From assembly GCA_000934665.2 (NCBI GenBank), contig KZ538315.1, forward strand, positions 1 through 64,000: DNA of 64,000 nucleotides. The letters are read 5' to 3'. The stretch is from Catajapyx aquilonaris. Lineage: Eukaryota. A program made the position numbers and the translations under genes. A model generated the notes under the pieces. That model ran no database searches and was not told the DNA's origin. It was given only the letters and a program-made list of their open reading frames with translations. Below are positions 9,918 through 22,500 of this stretch, in pieces (within the stretch, counting starts at the first letter, position 1; each line of letters starts with the position of its first letter).

Positions 9918-12900
9918 TCAGGAGAAAAGTCCTCCAAACCAGACGACAACGACTGGCACCAAGTAAGTGGCCACTGCCTTCTCCAAAGACATCCTTCCTC
10001 CTCCCATCACAGTTGGGGTCGGTGCTCCTCTTCCTCCACCTGATGTTGCACCACCAGGGCCTTCCTTCACTTCAGGTGCACCTGTCGTACCGGCAAACTC
10101 GATGTCACCACTGCTGTCCATGTTGTTCCTTCCCTTTCCACCACCTCTCCCACCTCCTGGTCTGGGTTGTTTCCTGTCCTTCTTGTTTTTCTGCTTGGGT
10201 GGTACAGGTCCAGATGGAACAACAGGGCCTCCAAAGTCAATGTCGGTTGGGCCCATGCCGCTGCCTGAGCCTTCTTCACCATCACCTGACCCGCTACCAA
10301 ATTGCTCTTCTGGAAATTCACAAGAAATCCAATTAACCCAATTTGTCCAAGGACTGTTCATCAATCCACAAATATTAATTTTCAAAAACTGCATTGCCAT
10401 AAGTGATTATGCAGTGCCACATTATTGCATAAAAACAGGTACGCATGGCAGGGTTTGCAGCTGCAAAATGGGGCTTTATCAATATTCCGCCTACAAAAAA
10501 TACCTCATGTATAATCCAGATTCAACAGTTACGTTTCATAATGTATGGCCTGTTTCAACATTAATTTTAGAAGCAGCCTCTTACAAAAAGTAGTGTTTAA
10601 AATATTGTGCCTATGCACCTGTTGACAAAGCTGCTGTTAAACCTTCCTCAAAAGGGGACATCAATCTGTGCCAGCCAATTATTGATAATTTTTCACATGT
10701 CACTTTGATTCACTGCTCCATGGCACTTCATCCAAGTGCAAACTGCACTGCCAGACTAATATGCAAACAATTCGGGAAAGTGCCACATACATCAAGAGAG
10801 GGATGGGGGGGAAGGGGTAGGCAGTGTTCCCAATCAACAGCTCCAATCAATCCATATTTTGCAGCCCCACCTCGACTAGATATGAAAGTGCACCATTGGC
10901 CCTCACCGTCATCCATCCACTCAATGTCAACGCCAACGTAAGCCGAGTTGAGCCTGGTTGTGATGAGCTTGAGTGCATACAGCTGCTCGTTGAGGATAGA
11001 GCTAAAATGGTAACTGTCAGGATATCGGATTCCAGACCCTGTGGATGGCGATGATGGCAATGAGGATGATTCCAGTGGGTCGTATCGAGCTTTAGCCTGG
11101 CCATTCCAGCAATTGTCTTCATGAACTGGACTGGCTGCCACATCCTCATTGTTGCAGAGCTGGTACGGCAGGTTTCCCCAGAAGCCTTTCGTCAAGCGTA
11201 CCTTCTGCTTTATCTCCCTCACCAGTCGGTCCAGGCTTGCCACACCTCCCCCTCCGCCGCCGCCGCCGCCGCCGCCACCTCCTCCTCCCCCTCCCCCTCC
11301 ATTGCTGTTTCCACCTCCACCATTGTTGTTCTGACGCATGCCACTTCCTCTTCCAAACGGGTATGGCTCGAACCGCAGCTCTGTTGCTTCTCTCTTACCC
11401 AGCCGGGGTTTCCCACAACCATTGAAGACCTGAATTGGAAAAGTGTTCATGCATTCGTGCCATTTCTCAGCAGCTTAAGACTCACCTTTTGTGAGACATC
11501 ATTTCCATTCTCCTGGAAGTTCATGATGGCCTCTGATATCTTGATGTGAATAGGTTCCACCACCACCTCGATGTTGAATGGGCCCACCAATCTTTCTGAC
11601 ACAGACACGAGAGCATCTGGAAGCATTTCCAAACGTCAGGGTTCCACCCTTGATCTGATCCCATGGCGCATAATTGTATTTCCCTTGCTCCTCCCTTGCT
11701 TTTACCACACAATGGCTCAGAAATCAAATTTATCTTCCAAGTGAAAGCCTCCATTTTTCCATTAGGAAATTTGCCCACTACTTACCAACCATAACAAGAT
11801 TGCTCCCTTCAATTTTTGGACTGTCCTCACCTGTGAAGTTGTTCCAGCTGCTGTCCAACTGCGTGTGCTGCGTCAAGCAGCCCTTCATGACATTCACGCA
11901 GTAGCTGTTGCACGGCTTCAGTCCGGATAGTCCCTGACAGGCCGGACAGTTGCTCATCCTCGTCAGTGCCTTCCCGCAGTCCGCATTAGGCGCAACCTGA
12001 AACACCACAATAGGTTACATAAAAATTGTACCCACACCAGAAATGAAACCCCAGACATGATCAACTTTTATTTTTGCCTCCAAGCATCCCAAGGTGGAAT
12101 TTCTGGGTGGGTTTTTATGGGCCTTGTTAAGCGAGTCCATCATGCTGTAGTGGTGGTGACCTTCACCCTCCTTGTTGGAACATTCCTGAGGGACTTTGGT
12201 ATGGCTAAGGTGTGGGCGGGCGAGAAAGGGAAATCCGGCACCATAGAAAGGTGGTTTGGTTGTAATGGGCATTAGGTGGGTTGGGAGGTGGGGGGGCTTC
12301 CCTTGTTGGCACCAAAGGCATGCCGCAGCTTCAATCTCAGTAGGAGATGAGGCTTGGAGGCAGGTGGGGTGAGTCCGGCTGGCTGCTGGCTCAGGTTGGG
12401 GGTCCGCCTGAGTGCCTGTAACAAGCATCGGTGGGAGGCTGGAGGGGGCAGGATGGATGGACGGGGAGGGGCTCTCTGGAATGCAGGCGCCGGACGCCTC
12501 CCAATATAAAAGCCAGAAACTATGCACCCCACTTTCCGCAATTTCTCACGCTCCAGACCCTTCTTTTCATTCCCCCCCTTCAAACGGCAAGGTCTCTCTG
12601 ATTTTCACAGTCGACCTTTTTCGTTCAAATTGGACTTACCAGCAGAATCTTAGAGATGGTCTCCTTGGCCAGCGACAGTGCCTGGGCGAATGCGCGCGTG
12701 GCCACAAACGACCTCTTCACCTGCACAGACAGCTTCTTTGGTACGTCCCCAAAGGGCTTCAGCTCCTTCATGTGCTCACTCACGCACACCAAGTACCTGC
12801 AAAAAACGCAATAGCCGTCAGCAAATCCGCTATCGAATACACCTGGTGTGAAAATTGCGCCCTTTCTCACGACCCCCAAAAACCCATTGGATAAACATCT

Positions 12901-15900
12901 CTTATTGCGCCTATTCATTACAACCCACCAATTAATACCGTGCAATGAGAAAAAAAAGCGCGGTATTTACGATCTCTCCCTCAATCCCCCACCACCAATG
13001 ATCCACAGACCCAATTTCGATGCCCGGGGAATGTGGGTTTGGCATCAGCCTTGAAGTCCACCAAACTCTGAAAAAGAATCTGGCTCGGTGGTCTCTACTC
13101 AGAATTTGATACAAGGTCTAGGAAAAACGTTGTGGAATCTCGAACTGAAGCAAAAATCCTCCTCACGCGATAATCTTTTCCTCGTGTCCCCTTATTTACA
13201 TTCCTTTTTTTTAAACCTCTCTCCCCCCCCCAAGTAATTCGGGGCGTCCCTCGTTCCACCTGCCTGCATGCCACCTTTTATCGACAACCGGCATCGAGTT
13301 TGAAGGCGGAAAAAAAGGAAGAAAAAAGGTGGTGGTCTCTTGATTGGTCCCGTCCGCAGCAAAAAAAAAAACAAAAAAAAAAAACAAAAAAAAAAAGCGA
13401 CAGGGTGTGCACCAACTCATTCACTTCATCAATATTTTCCGATTTAAATATTGAAAATATTCATTAGGCTGTCACTGAAATTTTTTTTGTGTGATCGCAG
13501 TTGTGTACACCCTGTACAGGTGCAAGGCGAAAGGAAAATGCAGTTGAGGATCACACACACTATACAAAAAAAAAAAAAACTATTTTCCCAGCACGCAATC
13601 GGTTCCCTCCTGCCCCCACNNNNNNNNNNNNNNNNNNNNNNNNNNNNNNNNNNNNNNNNNNNNNNNNNNNNNNNNNNNNNNNNNNNNNNNNNNNNNNNNN
13701 NNNNNNNNNNNNNNNNNNNNNNNNNNNNNNNNNNNNNNNNNNNNNNNNNNNNNNNNNNNNNNNNNNNNNTCCCCCCCCCCCCCCCCCCCACTATAGACCA
13801 TCATGCGGTGCATTATGGATCCGGAGTGTCTATAAAGTAAGCCGGCGGGCTCCGATGGAACAAAATGGAAAAGAAGAGGCTCTGGGTCCTGAAGGAAAGG
13901 CATGTTAGACAGTGACGGATGGCCAGGCTATTGTCTGGAAAGCTCCTTTTTTTCTGGAATACCGGCGTGTGGCAAAGAGGGTGCATTATGAAAGTCACCG
14001 GAATCCATCTATGCCATCGCAATGTTCAAGAATGGGGGGAAAAAAGTGTGACAACACCACACTCAGCCATCAGAGATAAATAAATAAATACATATGATTT
14101 AGTAGTTGAGCTCACCTCTCATCGAACCGATACTGAGCGTTGAGCACAGTGAACATCTTCTGGTAGAGTGTGTTGAAGAATCCTTCCAAGGCGTCATCCA
14201 ACCTAACACGTCCTTTGACATAGTAGCTCTCAAGGGCCTCGAACAAGTCAGTGAACACGTACGCGTTCTGCTCGTACAGGATGCCATACGTCCGCTTGAA
14301 CATCTCGTGAAAGTCCTTCTTGGATGTAGCCAGCAGGTTCCGGAAAAATTCTGTCAAAAGAGAAACAATGAGCTCCATGAAATTTCTCGTTTGTGCCTTT
14401 AACATTACCGGTCTGGGGGGATTACCCCTAGCTTTATTTAACTTGTAGGTAATTCATGGCGGGATTCAGGCGCCAAAGGCTCCCGAAAAGAAAGGAATCC
14501 GATGCAATTTACGGCCATCATTAATCACCGCGGCCTCTGTGGCCCCTCATGTGAAAGCGCATGCCTTCCTCACATAATCCTTTGAGGCCTAATCGCACCA
14601 CCCATTGATCTGTTTCTGCGTTTTTCATCGGATTAGGGCAAGTGGCCCACAAGTGGCCAGTTCAGGGGACTCGAAACACTGCTGGCTAGTCATGCAGTCA
14701 TGCCAGATTTTCATTGGGGAAAAAACTGTGACATTTGCAAATTTCATATGCGAGTATTTACTGTTGTTGACTGCAAGCCATTAGTAATAATTAGGCCGGG
14801 TCCGCCCCGGGGCCAACCCCGTGCTAACTCTACCAAGAAAACACATGGGTTCCATGGACAATGCTTTATTGGACCTTCCAGGTCACCACCTTAGTACAGA
14901 CTCTCTTGACTCACTCAACTCTGGATGCCAACTCACTCTCCCCTTGCCAAAGCCAGGAAAACACTGCGCATGCCCCACCCACATCACATGACCAGAAGGG
15001 GGCGGGCTCATACAAACAGGCTATGTAGGGGTGGCCGTATTTCAGATCTCACCACTTTTGACGGCCAAGCAGTCAGGAGAACTTGGCCTTTTATTTTTAC
15101 AGAAATGTTTTTGGTGGTATGTTTTACAAATATTTCATAAATTCTGACAGGAAAATAATATGGAAACAGTTCATAACTGACGTAGACTTTCCTGCATATT
15201 TCTGCACTAAAAATAGGACAAGTCTTTTGCCGCCACGTCGCTCACCAAGCCGCGACTCTCCCTCCGAAACTAACAGGTTGAAAATTAATTTTCAAGCTCG
15301 GAATTTGCAAATGGGAAGGGTCGACTCCCCTTGCTGCAGGGCTCTTCTCCCATACTTTCCATCTGATCTCCATTAGACTTCGTTAGCTCTTACGAGAATT
15401 TCATTCCCAGGCGATTATGTGCGCTTTTCCACTATGCAACCTCTCGATTCCTCCTCCAAATCCATTACAAAAATCAACCCTCATTTTTTATATATAACGA
15501 TGGCCAAGACCGAATTTGGAGGTGACAGAGCCCTCGATTATTGGCTCCCTAAAAGCCCGTTCAAAGTCTTAGAGACTGGCCTTTAATTTCCCGTCCTAAG
15601 GCTTCTTTGGAGACTCTTTCAATTCGCAACCTCCTCGGAAGCACTTCCTCGAGGGGACCATCCGTGCTTTTCACCCAAGTAAGAGAAGGCCCGCCAAGTG
15701 GAAATCGAATTCGAGGGCTGCCCGAGAGACAATGTCTTCCAAGAAACGAGTCGAGGGATTAATCTGATTATGTGCAGGGCTCTTCTCCTGGAGATGATCG
15801 CTGCTGCCGACGGAAAAACTAGAAGATATACGAGAAGGGAACTGCTGAAACTGTCTAATTCCAGAAAAATCGGTGGTAATTATTATCCCGGGGTTGGTAA

Positions 15901-18900
15901 CGAAACGAGAGGCACATTTCGCAGACTCCATTACCAAATTCAATTTTCCGGTTCGCTCCTCCAACCTGATGTATGAGTGCGGCGAATATTTTTCAAAATA
16001 ATGGGCAGGAAATATTATATCCATTTTTTAAAACATCGTTGGTATAGAGCAATTTTTCAAACGAGCAATCGATTATGGAATGTGCTATCGTACAGTAGAT
16101 AAGATTATCATATTGAGTAAGCAAACACAGTACATGCTGATTACAGCTCATATTTACAATTGCATCTACATTTCTCTCGTGAGCAAGTGAAAACCCCCAT
16201 ATTATCCAGCTGAGATTAGAGCAATGCACTGTAACAAGGGGGGGGGGGGGGNGGATGTATCCTATGGGATTAACCCGTTTGAACTCTCACGCACTCATGT
16301 CATATACAGTATTAACGCTAATCAAAATCAACGCTTTTGCAAATCCACGCTGCATGCTCCTTTTGTCGCCAACATTTTTTGTCGCTGTTGCTCCAACCTA
16401 TATACAGCGACTCTTCCTTACACAATAATTACATTGTACAGCCATCAAAATAATTACGCATGGTGGCGTACTGCCACTGCATTTAGTGCGACATTGCAGT
16501 ACCGTAGTGCAAAAGAAACTAACGTAATTTGGCTTCTCCAAAAAATCCATATCTGCAGCCTGCAGAATCAGTCGCATAAACAATGCAACAGGCAAGGAGA
16601 TGCTTCCATTTCACTTATTCATGCCATATACTCTCCCGTGCCTACACGGCACTGCGCATTAAACAGATTTATGCCTACCAAAACAGTCGGCCGAAGTACA
16701 TTTCTAGGACAAAACCTCCACATCTGCATACCAGCCCACCACATTCTACATGCCTGCAGTCGCAAAGCCGCTTGAAATTATGCATCTACATGATTGCAAT
16801 GTAGGCGTTAATAACCCACCGCAGTCCTGAATAGGCCGCTAACAAGGGCATTTACACCTCTGCAAATCAAAAGCAGGGCACGGCAGGGAGGGGGTGGGTG
16901 AGTCAAACCCAAACTTTCCCACAAGTTTTCCCCATTCAGCATGGCATCGGCCTGGGTCAATGGAGCAGAATAGGGGCTTCCATCCTCAGGCACCCCACCA
17001 TCATCAACACTTCTACATAATGCCGCAATCTTGCGGAACGGGGCTTCCCTCGCCAAACGGCTTGGTCATTCCCTCTTTATTGTATCATAAAGCACGGGAT
17101 AACTCCCTTTTCAGCAGCCCCAGGGTATTTCTTCCAAAATTAATTCCCCACCCCCCCCCCCCCCAACACCTGAAAGCAAGATTTTCGCTTATATTTCTGG
17201 CAGATTCGTTTATTTTCGGGAGGTCCAATGTTAACAACGGGCCTATGTAGGGAGGGGGGGAGGGGAGCAAAAGAAATAACTGTCTTTCCGCCTCAGTAAA
17301 TGGACGTCTGTAATGTCATGGGGGGAAGCTGACCACATTTTCTCTAAGGGGAAATGAAAGGATAGGGGAGGTGTAGACAAGTATTGCACACCTACTTTCA
17401 GGGGGGTCAAATTTTATTTCGGGAATCCCTGACATTCCGGGTGAAGGACGAGGAATGGCTAATATCATGGAGTAACGAATGTATGAGCGGAAAATTAGGA
17501 GCATCCAAAATATGACTGGGGGTGACCTAGAAGCTTCGGGATGAATCATTTATGACCTGGTTATTTTCACGTGTGGCCAGTTCCAGACCGCAGGTTTATC
17601 CAGTGGATATATGCAGATGCATGCATCGGGACGAAAATGCTGCGTACACCTGATATCAATACTCATGTATTTTGATATGCGCCACCATGCTCCCGGGAGG
17701 CGATTCTTCATCCTGCGCACGATGGCAACTAATTACTCTTCGTTGTTTACCAGTAAGCCTAAGCTGGTATTTCTTTTTTGCTACATTCAGTGCAAGCCAC
17801 TGCACTGTACACCGGTACACGACTGCAGAATTACCCTACAAATTACAAAAAACTCCGAGTGCACTTCCAGCAAAACATTGCTTTACAAATGCGCCTTGAT
17901 TAAAATCGTTACGGCCTGGTAGCACGCCTCAAGTTGTATAAAAAATAAGAGCATCGTACAGTACCGCATAGCCGTACTTCCAGCAGCAGCAATTATTGAC
18001 GAACTTGATTACATTACAGAAATCAGCTATAAAAATGTGATAATCCATTTGTTGTTGAGCTCTCTGCCCTTCAGTCAACAACCCATCCATCCTCCAGTAT
18101 TCACAAGTTCCGCTCGGGTGAAGAGCCGCACGCAATTCCGACAGGGCTTTTCATAGCTCAGGCCATCAAATCCAGCAGAGGCCACCCCCCCAACACCCAC
18201 TCTGATATTTTCGCCACCGACGGTCAGGAGAAGCACCCCCTTCGACCTGCCAACTTCCGACGGGTTCATTATCCCCTTCTGTGGTCCGCCTCCTGTTACA
18301 ATTTGTGTGTACCTTTCCTCTACTTGTTGGCTCAATCCCCAGCATCTGGTCCATCTTCTGCTGAACTGAGGGTGGACGGCCCTGAGGGTAAATTCGGTTG
18401 TAGCTGCAGATGACGGGCAACCCCCCCGGACTGTCACTGTAGGCCTTTGTTTCCAATCATGCTACCAAACCCCTCTCTGGGCTTTAGTAGATTTTGTACC
18501 GGGGCCACCCTACCCAACAAAGAGACTCCCACGCCTTTATTCGCCCACTCAATTTGCCTGCATAATTTACCCCAAGCCAGTGGGATGTTCGCATCAACCG
18601 CACTTGATGATAAAGATAAATAGATGCTGGGCCCTATAGCCAGCTAGCCAGTGGTAGCCACTAATATTTGTGGTAATAAGTAATATTTTTGCACCAAATT
18701 TGCAACTCTTGCGAAGGCCTTGATGCTTGCACCGTCGGGGACATCTTTCACCGGTCCCGACTCCTGGACCAGATTTACTGGTTTTCGCAATGTGGTCCTT
18801 TTGACTTTTATCGGTCGACCGCCAGGCACTCGCAGGCGCCTAATCCGAAGCGCGGCTGTGCCACAACTATTCGCGCCTTCGGGTATTACTGGCATTCTTG

Positions 18901-19529
18901 CAAACTGACGGTTTGAACTTCCACACCGCAAAAAGTTCGCCCAACTGCCGCCAACGAAGTTCAAACCTTCCAGCTCGCGGCACGTGTCCGCTAACAAAAC
19001 GTTGGTGTGGCGGGGGAGGACGCCATATTGGGACAAAACATTCCGACAGAAGTGAAAACTCGGGGAGAGGCGTCGGCAGTTTCAACGGATCAATCCTGGC
19101 TTCGGTGTTGGCATTGAATAAAGCGCAAGTACTCACTCGGATGAATCGCGAAAGCTGGGGGATGGGGAATTAAAATGAAATTACCCCTAGGGGAAGTCCC
19201 TAGGGTGCGACGACGTTGCCAAATCTGCCGAATTCAGAGACAAACATATAACATTTCAGAAACATATATCGATACCCTTTTCGTGAAAAAAAATCTGGAC
19301 ATGTTTTCTGAACCAACCATGCCACAGATATGAAGTATCAAGCCGGATGATGGTCATTTCGTGGCTGGAGAATAGACTGGATGAAGCCGTAACCCAACTC
19401 GGAAATGATTCATCATTCCTCCCCACCCTCCCCTTGAATGAGGATTGTTCAAAACGCAAGGGGAGATGACGGTTCCAGGGGGAGGGGGTGTGATAAAAGT
19501 GATGCTTCGTTAATGTCGCCATATTTTAC

Positions 19530-19588
<59 letters not shown>

Positions 19589-22500
19589 AAAAAAAGGTGG
19601 TAGAGGAGTGTGAAATCGGAGTTTAGCACACTTGAAAAATTGGCAGGTGTCATAGGAGCCTACTTACATCCCTCATTGTCACGATTTCTAATGCATAGCC
19701 GCAGCTCCGTAGTTAACTGGGCTGCCAAGTACAGGTCGTTATCAAATTGCTGTGTTGGCAACTTTTTACACTATAATTTGTAACGCTGTGTCACATTTGC
19801 ATAACTTGATAGGATATTAGGAAAAATGAGAAACTTGCACAAAGGCAATAAAATGAGCAACTTAATGACCCGCCATTTTAAGAAGTTTTGGCTCGAAAGG
19901 ACTTGTGAATCAAAACTGCTGAACATCAGTACATACCGGTACTCCAAAAATGATGAAAATATGAGACAGAACAGTGCTTTACTGATCCGCCGAGCTTTTG
20001 CCTACGTCAAACACAATGTTCAAATTACTTGTCCAACTTTTGGTACTAAGCTGCTTATCATTACTTATCTGGACTAGCAAAAATATTAGTTGCAATTAAG
20101 CTGAATTAAAGCATCCTTGTTGAACCCCTATACAGGAAAAGGGGGTGTCTGATGCCAATTTGATCACCATGTCAAAGCTCAAAAATGTACTTTAATTCAG
20201 GGCTTGAAAGGAAGCATCCATTTAACCTAATATGGGGCTTTGTTATTTTTTTGTCAGCCACAAGCGCTTCAGTGCGTGGCTTACTAGCAAGTAATTCAGT
20301 ACCATCCAGACTTTAAAAGACGACGACGATCTATACTGAAAAGTTACGTAACTGTTCTTCCATGCCATTAAACCTGACATATTCTCCGAACCCTACTTTA
20401 GCACATTGTAATTCTTAGAATACTATTGATCCAACTGCTCATCTGCCTCAGTTGCATCACTAGTGTCACACTGACGTCATTCTTCGACCATATACAGCAG
20501 GCCAGCACACGACACGTGAAACCCCCCAAGTGCGTGTCCAACACTCCCTACCTGTCCAAGAACCCCCATTCATTTCCAGACCCTGCTTCCGTGCATACCT
20601 TTTTTTGTAATATTTCCACGACCAAGCACTGCAACGTCCGGCCCCAGACTGGCTGGAACCCGTCCCCTCCCATTCTAAACACACACCTCCCATTTTTCTT
20701 GAAGAAGTGGCTGACCCCCCTTGTATATGAGCGATAAGTCATGCGAGTCCTGACAGGTATGCAACCCAGGCGTACCCCGGAGGCATGGTGGTAGAGGCCC
20801 ATCGATTCCAGTAGCTCCGTCACGTGCTGATTATCCCGTCCCGTGTGAAATTACACGTCGACTTGTAAAAGGAGAAGGCTTCAAGCCAGGGAAATGTGCA
20901 AGCTCTGCAAGAAAAATTGGCGGCTTCATGAAAGGGCTGCATAATGATGAATTTTTGTTGCTAAACAGCAAAAATGATACCGGTGCTCAAATTTCAACAC
21001 CCCCCCCCCCCCAAAAAAAAGTGCGCAATTATTCCGAGAATCACTGAAGCAATTGATTCCGTGCACATTATCACCCACGCCAAATGTGAATCATGCCTCA
21101 TCCTAATGATTGCGCTGCTTTTTTTTTACAGGGCGTGGTACTTTTCAGATAAGCAGATGACTGGCGGGAAATAGAATCTACTTCCAATAGCCATCATGGA
21201 AAAATCTACCAGCCTATAAGACTCCCCGTAAATCCCAACTTCTAATGATAATTGGATCTGAATAATGCGATTAGGAATTGACGAGGAATTACTGAGCGGA
21301 AGTGTTATACACGCCGAATTAAATCCTGCGATATGAAGCTGGTGAAAATGCACGACAGAGCTGGAGAAACCTTTCTTCCTGCTAATCCCCCGAACAGGAC
21401 GCAACTTTCGCCGGATTTTGCACAAAAATATATACATATACCTAGGGGATTCATAAAGCTCGACCCAACTCCATTCGGCCGAAAGTAGCAACCCCGGAAA
21501 TAAATGGAACTGTGTTTTCTTAATGAGGAGAAAGAGAAGATAGGCCAAACAAGTGGCGGAGATGAAACTGCTGCCATGACACACGGTGCACTTGCTGAGG
21601 AAAACCGCTCCCCGGTGGAAATCAAATTAAATCCACTGTGCAGCGGCCATGTTTGTACAGCCGAGGCTCTTTTCGCGGCCAGTCCGCAATGACCTGCCAT
21701 GGAAACTGTTCAACCCCATATGCAGATTTGTATCGCAACTAGATTCACATGCCCATCTCATTGGCAGGGACTCGTATAAAAAACATCGCTGTTGGTAGTG
21801 GAACAAGATCTTATCACATATACTCTCTGAAAGTGGCTCCTCGTAATGATGCAGGAAATTGTGGTGAAGTCCTTTTTTTCGGTGCTTTTCATTCCTATCC
21901 TAATTCATTACAAGGGCGATTCTGTATTACTGCAGTTGGACGTGTTCAACACGCGGCGTGTTCCAGCTGAATAGTTGCCAAAATTTTTGGCGCCAGCTGC
22001 TTATTATCGGCAGTTACTTTTAGTGGGGCAGCAAAAATATTGCTGCCAATATTAAGTTGAATGGACGCTTCCTTTGAGTACTTAAATTGGAATTACTAGG
22101 CTTAGGCATTGGACACGAGCCAATTGGAAACACTGGGACCCAAGCGAGGTGAATGACTGAACCACGCTGTGGTCAACAGGGTTGCCTCCATCCAGGAAAT
22201 AATGAATATAATTCACACTGTGTGCGACACGATTGCAAGAAATCACGTGTCAGCTTTCTACAAATGTTTACACTAGATAGCCCATAAGTTATTTCTTATA
22301 GCCGTGATGTAAACAAATATTATATGCGTGGTGGTACAGGCGTTATGGACATTAAACTTTCCTAATAACGCGAGATATAATTGTCCCTACCTATCAGTCG
22401 GACAATCCTGTTCAGTGAGTACCATCAACTTATTATGTGCTTCATATCAAAATCTGTACGTAGCAGCCTCCTGTTTCAGTTTCGAGAGTAATGATGTGGT

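Noticed and set aside
9967..11549. Plus-strand proline-rich ORFs (208 aa, 142 aa, poly-Pro)
   Set aside because: Antisense shadows of the Gly-rich glypican exons.
18910..18967. 12-bp inverted repeat (also an 11-bp hairpin at 34017-34043)
   Set aside because: Short and isolated, with no further structure or TSD; not enough to call a feature.
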